Source: Stylophora pistillata (taxonomy: Eukaryota). Taken from it: a stretch of 64,000 nt of DNA. The notes under the pieces are model-generated. The model saw only the letters and a program-made list of their open reading frames with translations. It did not search any database and was not told the DNA's origin. The position numbers and the translations under genes are program-made. This document shows, piece by piece, positions 1 to 14,022 of this stretch. The DNA is taken from positions 924,125-988,124 of the forward strand of contig NW_019217790.1 of assembly GCF_002571385.2 (NCBI RefSeq). The letters are read 5' to 3'. Position 1 is the stretch's first letter; the number at the start of each line of letters is the position of its first letter.

Positions 1-3000
1 TTGAAAAAGGTATTTTAGTCTCATAGGTTTCGAACTTTGTCGGAGGCTCCATTTAAAAAGACCTCTGTTTTCCCCATAGTTTTGCTATGGTTTGGTGAAT
101 CGATTGTAACCTTCACAACTACATGTAATAAAAATATGTAAAGAAGTGAATGGCACGACGTCGCACTCTCGCCAATTTTCAATAATTTCCTCCAGCTATA
201 ACTGGTCTCTCATATTTAACTGCTTTGGTTGATTATTTTGCTTCGCGTGAACGAACGTTTCCCTTTAGGTACGTAACAATATGGTTTTCGGTTTTCAGAG
301 CATGAGCGTTCTAAATGAATTCCCTTCGACTTGTCAATGCGGGCGATTCTTTCGCCTAGCGCCTAAAATGGCAAATGAATAAGACCTTTCACCCATCAAC
401 TCGCAAGATTTGGAACGGTAAAGGCGAAGGGTAGACTCAAAAGAAAAATGCCTGCAGTTCACAACTATTCAGACGATGAAAACAAGTTAGTTGAAGTAAC
501 GGCATGCTCTACATATGAAAAAACGTAAATGTATCATTATGAAAGCGCGTTTAATGAAGCAATCACATTAATACTCTTGCATTCTTACCTAGGCAAGGTG
601 AAAACACATTTCAATTTTTGCTCTCCGCAAAGTCACTGTTCGCGTGCCTTCAGTCTGGCGTTAATAAACAGGATCATACTCATTCATTCCACGGATATTA
701 TACGAGTGCCCTTCATATCTAGCTGTCTGGCTTAAAATTTGAAACCAATCATCCTTGATATTTTATTTGATTGTTTATTTCTCTGTCACCTGACCGTTGA
801 TGAGTGGGGTTTTGACGGCTTTCAGCAGTCGGTGGTAAATACTTCTCGATCACTTTTCATAATTAACAGGTGACTGCGGGCATAGAAAATGGCGGTCTAA
901 AGTAATGGAGTGGAAACGTATCACATAAAATCAATCAGATATTTTCATAGACATTTCTGAACATGACAACAGCGTTTTTAGTTTCATAAAAGATCCCGCG
1001 TCCACGAGAGATAAAAGATAGAAACTAAAAAATTTTGATGTTGGAATAACTAGGTATGACTGACACATTTACTTACTTTGGCGAAAAAAAAACCAGAAAA
1101 TAATTTTGAACTCAGAAATAGAATATGCTTTAAACAGTAGTTCAGTTATGAAGTAATAATCCACAATGCATGCTGTTATGTAGCGGTAACAGAAGGTTAA
1201 GTCGGAAGCGGAAAAATATCGAATTCCAACAAGATCATAGCTGTCCATCTTTGTAGTAACTTTTCGGAACAGTGGAAATGTTTTGATCAGAACAAGGGAA
1301 GGGAAAGAGACGGCGAGGTGGTGAATGCTGCAGTTTATGTGATTCAAATGCAGTAGACCTTCATAAATTATCAGAAGCTGTAGTTCTGTCCAGTTAAGAA
1401 GGCAAGAGATTACAATAGTTGAAGATCGATCCAAGTGAAAAGTGTAAAACTCCTCTTTGTACTAATAAGAAACAAATCTACTCAAGAAATCTGCATGGAA
1501 CATTGTTCGTTCTGACTATAGAAAGGACACCTATATTAAAGGGATGCTGCCATTACTACCTTCACAAGGAAAGGCCCGTTTCATTCGGTTGTTCACCTTT
1601 ATTTCTTGCTGAGCGTTAACAGTTTCCTTCAGTCACTGCCTAAAATTTCCAACACTTATCCACGAACAATTTTCATTATATTTTTTTTATTATGGTTTTA
1701 TGAACTGACGGTTAATGCTGGGTGACCAAATCAAATAGATTCGAATGGGAGAGAGAAGAATAAGCAGGAATATTCTGAAAGTTGGTCCCGAGATAAAGTG
1801 TCGTAGGTAGACGTTTTAACATTACACTGCGGCTTAAGTGCATTACATTATCAGAAATTTCTCTCATTTTTACTGTATGTGATGATCTCTTACAATGCAC
1901 AAGCCTGGTTCACTTATGTGGAAAGAAGGAAAATGTCTTTCCCACGAGTTATTCTACTGATATCAAACATAATTGACTCCACAAACGTAGAAATTTTTCT
2001 CCATTTCAAAACAAACGTGTTGGCCAGAACATTTATGCCTTTGTGTACTAAAAGTTTGATACCCGTTTCCCCCTGTTAAACTTTCCTCTTGCATGCAGTC
2101 GTATGACTTACCATGGATCTATATTCGTCATAATTCACCACACCAGAGAATCATGAATTCCTCTAGAAATTCGCCCTGTTTTGAAGTGCATTTGATAGGA
2201 GTGCCGCTAAACCATCGTTAAACCATCGTGATCTGTTGTATGCTCAATGTATATTTCTCGCCTTTGTATGACATGACGTGACTTCGACAAATATTCTGAA
2301 AACTTGTTTGTATCATTCTTTTAGGATTGCTAGGAGTAATTAAATAATCTTAATTTATGATGATTATATCCCGGTTTGGCCATACTTGATTCACAAATGT
2401 AGCGCTTTATTATGTTAATTTAGAACGGCAGATTTATGCGCACTGTCATAGGTATTTGGAATAATTTAGTCAAATTAGAAGTTGGCATTTAGTTTGAAGG
2501 CGAAAGGTCGGTGGTTTCTAAAGCTAAACGGCAAGAAAGGGACGGTTTTACCCGCGCCTGTGAAAGGACATACTTGATGTGATCGATTACATTTATCACT
2601 GAATATCGCATCAGGAAATTTATGACCTTTTGAGAGGTCGTAAGTTGCTAAGACCGCGGAATAAGTCTCACGGACAAGTAGCAGAGACAAGTCACGTTGT
2701 TTGACATGGAAAATTATCGCACAAATCTTTGACCCTACGACAAAAAAATTGTCCGGCAAAAATTTGCAGAAGTTCTAAGTGTCTTGAATTTGTACGGTCG
2801 GTTATCGGGTCAAAAAATATTTCATAGCGACTTGTTTATACACAAAACAGGTTTCAGTTTGTTCCATAGATCTGTTGCAGGAGTTTTTCGCCCATGTGTC
2901 CTAACCCTAAAACAGCATTTGAATATTTTTTTTCAACTTTTAATTCTACCTTACGGCTTCTGGATTCTTTCAGAGAAAAGTGAAGGGTCGAAGGGGAAGG

Positions 3001-5168
3001 AGAGGGCAGACGTTTAGCCCTGTTAAATTAAAATATGTGGAATGGCTAGAGCATATATCTATTAACATTTTTGCAGTATTACCCTCAAAGACTGTGCTTC
3101 TGTGAACAAGATCATGAAACAGGTCTAGAGAATAGTTGCCAGCCTAAGCGCGAATAAGGTCTATTTGGCCTGAAACTGCTCATACGTCTATAACATTCTC
3201 TCGAAAAGGAGAACGAGTACGTCGCTCTCTGCTTATCAACTCTTGAGCTAGTGACAGTCAATAAGTTCAGTTTGTGCGATTAGCTAAAACGTTTGTAAAA
3301 AGATAATTACCTCAGTGTTTATGTATTTAGCATCGCTGCACTTATTGTCACGCGTGCTGAAAATGTATCAACAAAAAGAGTAGATAGATGGAAAATTGGT
3401 GAAAGGTTAGCCCACTATTCGACTATTTGTTTATAGTCACACAGGATTTAGGAAGTACATAAAAACATATCTTAAGTATCATTGGACTTGTTTGAGGGTA
3501 AAACAAGTCGTTCAGTTAAAAAGTGTAAATGTTAAAATAGTTCTTTGTGCGTATTTGTCGGTGTAAGCCAATAACAAAGTGTGAGAATCATTGCAGAGAG
3601 TAAAAACTTTAAGTCGTTGGTATACAAGCATTAATTACGGATTCACTGGTAGTATGCCATCTGAATCCTTTCACCACTCTGAACTAACAGCGCTGCAGAC
3701 AGTTCAATATCTAAGGAACTTCCTTGATATACATCTTTGTTTCGGATGCAGATGGTAACTGAGAAACCTCCTTTCAATCACTAATGCACTTCCAAATTCA
3801 GTTACATTATTTAAAAAGCTGCGCGAGAATTTATCGAATCGTAACCAAAGCAATATTGAATGATACTAAAGCAAGCTCAAATGTGTATCAATCATTTTAC
3901 CATCGGCTAGTTTTAACTTTCCAAATGGACACAGGCACGAACAGTCAGTGAATGATGAAGCAAAATTCAATATTGTAGGTAGTTAAATAAAATTCGCCAT
4001 GAGTAAATTGTAACCGTGACTTGCTGACGCAAGCGAGGAGAAAATTTAATAACAAAAGTATATTCAGCTTGTTTTCTTTTCACGTTAGGAGCTGTTGAAA
4101 AAGTCAATCTCTGCATCGAAGTATGACTTTAATCTGTCAAACTAGGCAAATTATTTAAGATTTAGGATACATTTTTTTTTATTAAATGAACAAAGGTAGT
4201 GGTAAGGTATTTGGGTTTCGCCAGGAACATGATGAGTCGATCGGAAGAGGTAAAGAGTCCTGTATTTCCTTTTTCATGTTTCAGGTTTTGAATTTGCATT
4301 TTTAATTCGTTTAAATCCACTTTTATAGCTCATTTTTTAAAAACAGAATTCAAGTTTAATGGTGGCTCAAATAACGAGATGGCTGCTGACACTTAAAGAA
4401 AGGATTATTTTGTTTCGAACTTCCATTTAAGAATCGGAAAACGATACCATATTTGTTCTATGAGGATGTCAAAGCTGAATTAGACATTTCTCTAATTGGT
4501 TCAAGATATTTCTGGTGAACGGACGAGTAAAACTTCCATGATGTTTTCGTTTGGTCTTAAAAAGAAATGGCCAGTATGGTTAATTAGCTGAAATGAGTCC
4601 TACCTTTGATTGATCCATCATAGATGTTCGGTCCGCTTGGAAAAACTTAATACAGTGCGCGGCGTTTCATTTCATTAGATTGATGAAATACTTTCCCGGT
4701 TCAACACAGTAACTAAAAAGCTCGTCAAATTAGTTTCAGTCAGTAAAATAACGTTGTAAATGTTCATTTACGGTTCCATTGAAGTTATTTAAGCTACATG
4801 TTCGCGCGTAGGGGTATTATTGATTCATTGGAGGTTTCTTTCATATCTTGCATTTGATTTCATTAACAATACTGTGAAACAAATCTCTGGTGTAAAAAGC
4901 TTTGTTTTTTTACCGTTGTCTTTCAGTCAAACACAAAATGTAAGATGATAAAAATCTACATTGGGCTGAAAAAATATCCCTCGCAAATTTTCCAAATGTT
5001 TAGACCACCTTCCAATTTCAACAAACCACGGTACACATAATTTGCTCGTATTTTCTATTGCTTTAATTTGCCAAGTTTAAGGAACCCTAGCATCTGGCCA
5101 ACATTGAAACGTTAATAAATATGACTAATATTTAAACGGCAGGTCATGTAATCCATTCGTCGCCAGAA

Positions 5169-6675
5169 ATGTCTCCGTATTTGGAGTTTGTTTTACTCCA
5201 AGCTTTCTTGTTTTCAAAGATCACCGCTGGCTCTAACGTCTGCAGCTCTAGTGTTCCAGACATCGATTACGTCCTCACTGGTCACGTGATACGGACTCTA
5301 AAACTCAAGACTTTTGAGAGCTGTACATTTTCTTGCGAAATTGAGCCGAAATGTTTTAGTATCAACTACGTGTCATCGCAAGGAACTTGTGAACTCAACA
5401 GAGCAACCAAGGATTTTTTTCCTGGAGACGTAGTGAAACAGAATGGGGCATTTTATTTGGATATGGTGGTCCGCCAGTTTCATCGTGATCGTGATCCTTG
5501 TGAGAGCATGCGCTGTGAAAATGGAGGGACATGTGTCGTGAGTCCGACCTTGAAGTGCAATTGTCCTGATGGTTACACTGGGCTTCGCTGTCAAAGTAAG
5601 AAATTCGAAAGCTAGCACCACCAGCAAAGTATGAAATAGCCTAACAACGACAGAAATCGAGACGACTGTAGAAAATTCTCGATTATAATTGGTCATCACA
5701 ACGCGTTATATGGGTGTGGTTTTAGATGCATGTCTGGTTTATTTTCTCGTGCGCATTACGGCTAACTAAGAAAAGTTTGCTGTTTTGTTTCAGTTTACCG
5801 ATAGACACGTTATTTTCTGGGAAAAAATAGTTACCCACATCTTCCTTCTATAGCTTGCTTTGTCTCTATGACGAACCATGTGGATGATGCCTAAATAGGC
5901 AATGACGCTTGCTGGGACTCAAGCCCGACCCTTCGATCCATATTCCCAAGTATCTTCACAAAAAACTTAGTTTGATTAGTGTCCGTAAAGCATAGGTTCT
6001 TATTTCTTTAATCGGGAAATGATTAGAAACCACGTTGACGAAACTAAGTCTTCTTTTTCACTAGACCTACAGCAGCTGGGAATGGAAAGCGGAGACATAC
6101 CTAATGACCACATAGAGAGCTCCACGTTTTTGGTTGATAATCAAGCATGGAAAGGACGCTTAAATGGAAATTCGTGCTGGAGACCTGCACAAAGCAAAAA
6201 TACTGAACACATTAAAGTAACGTTCGTGAGCGAAAAAACCGTATTTGCCATAGCAACACAAGGCAGCCCGGACAATAACTTTTGGATTGAAAGCTATACC
6301 CTCCAGTACTTCGCTGATGGTTCTCTTAAGGACACTAAGAAGGTAAAATCGACAAACATTAAAGGAATGGGTTAGGTTAGGCCGAGCTGAAAATATTTTT
6401 TGTCGGTGACAGTGAAACACGAACATTTCAGAATAATGATGATATTAAAGTTCCATTCCCTTGTTCTTTTGTTCTGCTGTGAAGTTGTAATTTTGTTTGA
6501 ATATTGATACTGTCAATTTAACATATGTTTACAGGTATACCAAGCCAACAAGGACGGCACTTCAATTGCCATAAACAAGTTCTCACAAGCTCTCCAAAAT
6601 GTCAAGTGGATCCGGATTCATCCAAGAGCCTGGCACAGTTATATAGCATTGAGGCTAGAGGTGTACGGATATTGA
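5169..6675 (+). CDS. Secreted PAN/Apple + EGF + F5/8 type C (discoidin) protein, copy 1; exons 5169-5595, 6065-6342, 6535-6675
   Basis: Signal-peptide-like N-terminus; PAN cysteine pattern (LTGHVI...C...C...CFSINY...CELN); EGF (DPCESMRCENGGTC...CNCPDGYTGLRC); F5/8C motifs LGMESG..., IATQG, RIHPRAW..IALRLEVYG. GT-AG introns keep the frame. Confidence 0.9.
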
Positions 6676-8013
6676 ACGTTTTGAAATGGAAGGCTCAAGT
6701 TAAAGGCCAGTTTTGCCCGGTGCATGGAAAATTATTAAACACAGTTTGTTTATCACTTCACCGTTCAGGGCAGTTTTCTATAAACTGAGTGTCATAGAAG
6801 CGTTATTGCATAGGTTTTGTATTGAACAAAAAACATATACGTTATTGGTTTTGTATTTTGTCGCTGAATTATGTACAGGCCCGATCTGATGTTGTCGTGT
6901 TCTCAGATTCGACTCCGTTATTGCTTTGTTTTTGGTTTTAGGACACTCAGTAGAGATCAGTTCTGGTTTTCAAAATATTTTCGCTATCCCGTCGCCAATT
7001 TTCTCAGAATGAAGGAAGTCATTCTTATTTTTTAGAGTGTAGAACTAAAAAACCCAGGATGGAAGTGATAAACTGAGTATCACGTTTTAAATAGATGGAA
7101 TTTAGCGCTCCCAGTACTTAAATTCTGATGAATGAAAAACACAGAAATATCCTCCCGATTCAGGTTTGGTGATTTTGCGTTCCTCTAGTCTAAGAAGACA
7201 CTGGATCAAACCAAGATGTGAAATTGGAAGGGCGAAATGCGTCAACAGACAGGGTATATTTCTATGGAAAGTTCCAATTGTTAAATAAATGTAATAGAAT
7301 TTAACCATAAGAAAAGACACAGAGCTGATTTATTGCGCTAGAGTAAGAACAGAAAGCCTGAGGGAAGGAGGGGAGATTAAATCAGACCTTGTTATTTTCA
7401 AATTTAAATCTTTTGTTTTTGCCTGGAGGGTTGGGTCTCTCGCAGTCTCTCAGCCTTCTTATTCCATGTCCAGTGGGTCGAAGATGGAGGCACTGGTAAA
7501 AACCAAGACCTTTCTTTTTTGTTATATAATTGACTGCTAGAACAATTACTTTAATCTCAGCCGATTCATGAATAAAGTGAGCGACTGAAAATTTTCATTC
7601 GCGTGAAAGCGTGAAATAACTGATTTGTCACCTACATCGAAAAGCTGAGGGAGAAGTCAGGAGGGTTCCAAGCGAACTCAACAAATTTTACAGTTTAGAA
7701 ATCAGAGAAAATCATTTTAAAAACCTCTACCAAGGGACCTTATGTAATTACAACGAAGGGCCTGCACCGAAACTTCATGACTTGTACATTAAATCTACAT
7801 CAATGTTAAAACTTCTGATAACAATAAAACAGATATATACATTTTCAGCGTTCTGTTTAATGACTGACATTCCAATGACTCGTCACTTCGTCAGTTAAGA
7901 TCTAAAACATGCACCGCTACTTTTTCAACTTTTCTATTCTTTACAAAATATTTCCATACAATAGATTTGGACGTCTAGTAGCTATGGTGCGAGAGACTGG
8001 AACCGACACAGTA

Positions 8014-9780
8014 TCACGATTTGTAAAGCTCTAATCTGAGCCCAATACAGCCATGCAAAGAAAATGGTCTGATGTTTAATTCCTTCACTTTAATCAGAGT
8101 CGGTTTCAGAACTTTATAGATGACTGTATTTCTGTCAATGTTGCCTCCGAGGATCTGAAAGTAGAGAGATATTCAATGAAGAGAAATTTTTTTATTAAAA
8201 GGAATTCCTAAAACTTATGTCTCGGACTTTTAAGGTTGCTTCTTAAACCTTAGAAATCCCAGTTGTTACACCCCTTGACGACAATACTGCAAGTGCAGCA
8301 CCATGGCTCTCGATTATTATAAAAGGTAGTTTAATTTTAAAACTTAACCAACCACAGGGCTCGAAGGTGCAGGGTTACTAGTTATACTGACTTTCGCTCA
8401 ATCTCGGGTTTAGCGATTACTTATCTCAATAGTCCATTTTACAGTAGCAGCTTGGTTGCCAAGCAGGAAGTGAAGCTGAAGGTGACCTTGTTATGAGACA
8501 GGCGTTGCTACTTTTTAAATGATAATTACTTTTTTATCATGCTAACTAGATACCAGTCTCTGTCACAACAAGATTACCTTCAACCTTACTCCGAATCAAA
8601 GACTTGGTAACTAAGTGCATAACTTTAAAATGACCCATTGGCGCAACCTCGTTCCCAGGGTCTTTTCCCTTTGTTGGTGGGTGGAGCTGGGGGTGGGGCG
8701 GGAAAAGGCCCTGGGAACGAGGTTGCCATTGGCGACTTTGGATGTTTTCGCCAAAATCCCTGAATTTCGAGGACGAAATAGCCACAGCGCCCACCGTGAA
8801 CATTTTAGGATCAAGGTAACTCGGCGTTTCAGGTTATTTCAACCCAAGAGGATCGGAAGTAAAACGCCTGAATAATCAGGAAATATTGAAACGATAATTC
8901 AGTCTAATTGACAAGATAAATAGTATAGTTTTACCTTTCTGGATAACTGCTACAATTTTCTAAGTCTTAATTGTCTGACTTACGTGGGGGTAATTTTTTA
9001 GCCTGTCAGCGGTAAAATATGCCAACGTGAAAGAAGTGGGCCAGCAGTCTAGATCAGGAGATCCTTGCGTTGCAATGTAAGTTATGTTCACAGCTGATGT
9101 AAATTTTACCGTGTAACTAGAGTTCAAGTCATTTGCCACTGGTTTCCAGCTCCCCGAACCATGCAGCTTGCCCCGCCATGCCTCGTGGCCAATAGCGGCT
9201 GTACTGGATGTTAGTTGACCGTCGAAGATAATGTTATCGTCTTGAATTCCAATGGCCTCTAACGATAAAGCTACAGAAAAAGGTGTTACTGAGCAGGCAA
9301 GTTTTGCAAATGCTTGAAACTGCATATAAAAGTGTTAATAGAAATGGTAAGTCAATAAATAATCCAGTCCTTACTAATGTTTTGGCAGATCGATCCCACA
9401 AATCCCTCGGGGCACGTGCAGTATGGCTGCGGAAGGGGATAGCACAAGCCGCCGTGCAAGCAGTACAGCGCACTACACGGATCTCTGATGTCCTTTCTGA
9501 TGTTATGTACATACAGAGCATCCTGTTCCTCCTTGAAACCTCTTGGAAACATTTCTTTACTGCCATAGTTCAATTCACACTTGTTGATCTTTGTGTAGAA
9601 ATTAACACTGAAGCATTTTGTCTCAAGCTCACAGTGATATGTACATTTCTCGAAGTTGAGGTCTCGGATCGTTTTAATCACTTGACCCGTGAGCACGTGG
9701 TTTTTGATTGGTTTGAAAGCTCGACACGTTTCAGCGGAGTGAATGAAGAGAAGAACCAGGATAGTGACGAACACTGACAT
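8014..9780 (-). CDS. Secreted PAN/Apple + EGF + F5/8 type C protein, copy 2; exons 9780-9375, 9258-8984, 8154-8014
   Basis: Same domain order and intron phases as copy 1. Exon 3 translated by hand: ILGGNIDRNTVIYKVLKPTLIKVKELNIRPFSLHGCIGLRLELYKS*. Confidence 0.88.
8434..8633. mobile_element. Degenerate MITE in intron 2 of copy 2
   Basis: Imperfect terminal inverted repeats cattttacagt..gcttggttgccaag / cttggtaactaag..actttaaaatg. Confidence 0.5.
8644..8725. mobile_element. 82-bp MITE with CAACCTCGTTCCCAGGG TIRs and 9-bp TSD
   Basis: TIRs caacctcgttcccaggg / ccctgggaacgaggttg, flanked by the direct repeat ccattggcg (8635-8643, 8726-8734). A degenerate relative lies at about 60737-60790. Confidence 0.85.
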
Positions 9781-9824
9781 CTTCTGTAATAAATTATTTT
9801 GGTTAAGGGAAATATTTAACAATT

Positions 9825-9859
<35 letters not shown>

Positions 9860-9871
9860 TATAGCCAACNT

Positions 9872-10178
9872 TGCCGCTATTCCATCCATTGTCACTGTTT
9901 TTCATAGTCCTACTATAGCGCTACTATTCGTCTTAATCTATATTTACATATGTATGTGTCCGTGTTCATCAGTTATAGTTCTGCCTCCTTTCGTCGATTT
10001 ATATCATTCATTTCGTTTTTATAGTCTATTCTACTTTATATAATGTCTTTTGTGTCTATATATATTTTTATTTTCTATACTTATTTGTCTATTTGTTTAC
10101 TTATTTTTGAGGGCTGTAGGTTAGAAAACTGTAATAGGTTATTGCGCTTCCCAAATAAAGTTAATGTATTGTATTGTA
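9872..10178 (+). mobile_element. Probable 3' end of a non-LTR retroelement
   Basis: T-rich UTR-like tract ending in AATAAA followed by a (TGTAT)n tail. Confidence 0.45.
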
Positions 10179-10273
10179 TGGGTGGTTTGCAACCAACCTC
10201 TAGAGACATAGGTAACAATGGTGAAAGGCACATATCTATTAATGGAAAAAGTGTAGTCAGGAGATGTCATGAG

Positions 10274-10446
10274 TTATTTAAAGTTAAAAAAAAAAACGTG
10301 ACGCGAAGCTTGCGCGCGTAACTATGTATTTGATGCTCGCGCGAGGTCTTTATAAAGAAGCCTATAGAGACCTCGCGTGAGCATCAAATACATAGTTACG
10401 CGCCCAAGCTTCGCCTCACGTTTTTTTTTTTTTTTAGCTTTAAATA
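10274..10446. repeat. Long fold-back palindrome (MITE-like)
   Basis: About 80-bp near-perfect inverted arms (tatttaaag..aaaacgtga..gtaactatgtatttgatgctc..gaggtct / agacctc..gagcatcaaatacatagttac..tcacgtttt..ctttaaata) around a short loop. Confidence 0.85.
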
Positions 10447-10478
10447 GCGTATGATAACGATCTTCGTTTTTCATATCA

Positions 10479-10510
10479 CTGATGAAGGCTTAAGCATTAG
10501 CCGAAACGTC
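10479..10510 (+). ncRNA. Minimal type I hammerhead ribozyme-like core
   Basis: CTGATGA-a-ggct(taagcatt)agcc-GAAAC-GTC: catalytic core and stem II intact; stem I not evident. Confidence 0.5.
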
Positions 10511-13139
10511 TATTTCAGAAATAACAGTTAGAGGCAACCAATTTCCATAAAACTCACAAATATCTATTGTTTAAGTCCACCAACATGGCGGCAATGACGT
10601 CACGTGCAAACCACCAATATTGAACATTTACTGCTGACAGTGAAAGATAAGGGGGCTGTTAAAGACAATCTAACACATTACCGGTCAATCTGACATACAC
10701 ATTTCTGGAAAGGTCTTGGAGATTGGAAAATTTTACTAACATGTTTAGACGATTCTTTTGTTCAAAGGCAACTGCTATAAAATAAATTTATAAAAATCCC
10801 GCACATGAATAAAAGCATCATTGATAAATAAGTATCAAGTGGGAAGGTTAATTCCAGCAGCTCAAGCTTGCCCGGTTCGCAGTCGAAAGATCTCGAAAAG
10901 ATATGAAAAGAAAACCAGAGAGGAAAACACAAAAAGTACGCAAATTTCGATCAGTTAGCAGCAAAGTTCTTATTCTTGCCACACGGGTTGACGTTTTGAA
11001 GGAAAGCTCTCCAAAGTAGCTAGGAAATGCGCACAAAGAAATTAATAAACTAAAATCATACCTCGAGAATCAGTTCCTGCTATCGAAAGGAGTGTTTTAT
11101 GTTGTAAATGTTTAGGCTTTATATAAGCTGTTTATATTTAACTCTGTGGTACTCACGAGAACAATATTCAAGGAACTCCCAGTGGTACCTGACCTTTTGA
11201 AGACCGTTTTTAATTATTCAGTCCGTTCTTATTTTAATTAATTTTGGACGAAATCCATCGTAGGTATAAACAATGACAGCCATAAAGGATAAAATTTTGC
11301 CTCGTGGTTTCACTGATTAAAGCTTCAGTTCATATGTTGAAGTCATGTTATTAACGATGTTTCCAAGCTTAAGAAGCTTTTCCAACAAAAGAATTTTAAT
11401 TTTTTTGACATAACAGTTTTTGATGATTTCCTGGTTCTGTGAACATTGCATCTCAGTAATTGTTATTTAGGCCCTGCAATTATGTTCTTTAGTTAGCGAC
11501 TTCGGAAGAAAAAAAAAATCCAAAATTTCCTGAATACAAAGCATCAGTTTTTTTTCTGGGTCAGTTATAGAATCATATAATAGAAAATAATCAATATTTG
11601 CTCTCTCACCGTTTTCGAAGACTTGTTATACATGTTTTTCTTTGCCGGGTAATGCGAAAATTCAGCTACAGCATTCAGCCTCTCGTAAACTTAATTTCAA
11701 AATGTTTATGACATTTACAGTGTGGTTGAGTTTGATGCGTGGCAAATTGAAGTCGTGTTACTTTTAAACTACAAGAGAAATTTATCCGCGTGTGTGTTCG
11801 TAATTCGCATCTTGTCAATACGTTTGTGTACAGAAGTGGATCGGTTTTATTAAATGTTGTATCTTCAAATTGTGAAAGATTGACAGGCAACGGGAGAGTT
11901 TCATTTCATATCAGAAACACCGATTAAAATTGGCATAGATGGTGAAAAGATCAAAGAAATGAAATTCTTAGGACCTCTGCATGCTGTTTTGAAAACTGAC
12001 GGGGAGTTTTCGAAAGGAATATCGAAACAATCAAATTGATAAAGTGAGAGTTAAATCAAACATAGCTTCACATTAAAACTGTGGTAAGAAAAAGATAAAT
12101 GAAGAGATTCTAGACCTCATGTGCAAGACTAATCCATTTGTGGATAAAATTTCAAATTTTGCTTTAGATGTAACAATACTTGACAAATAAATGCTTGCCT
12201 ACAGCTGTGACCAACTTTGGTGCAAAATGATTCAAACATGATTGATTACAATTAAAATAATTTTTTTGACACTTTCCTGGGTGGGGGTCAAAATAGCTAT
12301 TAAAGCTGAGGTAATACAAGAAAGTATTCAGAAGACTTTAAAGGAGTGATTGTTTTACTAGCCTACTTCCAAGAGAATTGATTGTATTCCAGCAAACTTT
12401 TCATTCACAAAATTGTATTAGAGTATACTGGTTTTTATTGTTCGCCTCGAAAGTAGCTTAACTTCTCTATAAGGCCGAGGCCCTAAGGAGTGAAAGATTT
12501 CTTTCAAAATAAATTACTCATTTCATATTACTGTTTGACGTTCTTCTCAAGAAAAGTTAGCTTTTCTTTCATCACTGTTAAACCTAATCGCGCGAGCTTA
12601 TCTAACACCACTAACTGAAAAGAGTGCAGGACATTTCTCTTACCCCAAGCAGTTTTACTCGTGAAGTAGCACTGTTCGGACTTCAGGGAAAATAATTACG
12701 ATATACCATAAGCCGCCCTCTCATTTTCGTGTCAGTAATACTATTAGTCAATGTTTCTTATGTGTGCGTGTATTTCATCCTTTTGTTTTCAGTCTTCTCC
12801 AATAACTCTAAAACACTGAAAATATTTACAAATCCTAAAATTTGTTTGCAAACTCCAACAATTCTCCTCCATATCCAACAGCCTGTGGGTTTTAAGGGTT
12901 GAGGCCAAAGAAAAAAGCCAGTTTAAGTGTATTAAAGTTAACTTTCCCAGCTACAGATATAACGCTTTCTAAATTGGTTTCAATTCAGTTTCATGAAACA
13001 GGAAAAAGGTGTTTGACAAATTGATGATATACATTGTAAAGATGATACAGCTTCAACCAAGAATAAGTAAATTAAGTTTTTAAGGTAAGATGAGTGTAAT
13101 GAAGACATCGATGATAATGAGAAAAATGGAAATTTTTTT

Positions 13140-13402
13140 TGAAGACAAACTTTATTCAGTCAAACCTATTAATTACAAATAAACTACAAATGAAGCGATG
13201 ATTTCTCTTTAGAAGTTAAAAGCCCCAAAGCTCAAAGAATCCATTTTCATTGAAGACAAGTTGATTACACGTACCGGGCTCCCAAAGGAATTTAATTTCA
13301 AGTTTAATTTAAAGATAAAAACTTTCTTAAGTGTACGAAAAGTACCGCATATTTAAGTTTAGCTCCTGCATTAGATGCATACAAGCGGGACCCCCTTAAC
13401 TA
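13140..13402 (-). mobile_element. Possible 3' end of a LINE
   Basis: On the minus strand it ends in AATAAA followed by a short A-tract; no ORF recognised. Confidence 0.3.
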
Positions 13403-13456
13403 ACTATTTACGCACTCTAAGAGCAATAATGATGTGACGGCGAGTAATACTTGAAA

Positions 13457-14022
13457 TTATCATCATTGTTACTGTTACCATCATTGTTATCGTTACCATC
13501 ATTGTTATCGTTACCATCATTGTTATCGTTACCATCATTGTTATCGTTACCATCATTGTTATCGTTACCATCATTGTTATCGTTACCATCATTGTTATCG
13601 TTACCATCATTGTTATCGTTACCATCATTGTTATCGTTACCATCATTGTTATCGTTACCATCATTGTTATCGTTACCATCATTGTTATCGTTACCATCAT
13701 TGTTATCGTTACCATCATTGTTATCGTTACCATCATTGTTATCGTTACCATCATTGTTATCGTTACCATCATTGTTATCGTTACCATCATTGTTATCGTT
13801 ACCATCATTGTTATCGTTACCATCATTGTTATCGTTACCATCATTGTTATCGTTACCATCATTGTTATCGTTACCATCATTGTTATCGTTACCATCATTG
13901 TTATCGTTACCATCATTGTTATCGTTACCATCATTGTTATCGTTACCATCATTGTTATCGTTACCATCATTGTTATCGTTACCATCATTGTTATCGTTAC
14001 CATCATTGTTATCGTTACCATC
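13457..14022. repeat. 18-bp minisatellite (ACCATCATTGTTATCGTT)n running into an N gap
   Basis: About 30 near-perfect tandem copies directly visible. Confidence 0.97.

Noticed and set aside
1-5100. Short ORFs in the first 5 kb
   Set aside because: No recognisable motifs or consistent exon structure; treated as intergenic.
9283-9777. 164-aa plus-strand ORF and similar antisense ORFs over RPB1, NOL7 and CCDC39 exons
   Set aside because: Shadows of real exons on the opposite strand, with no domain features.
13457-14022. Possible CRISPR-like array
   Set aside because: Contiguous identical 18-mers with no spacers; eukaryotic context; no cas genes.
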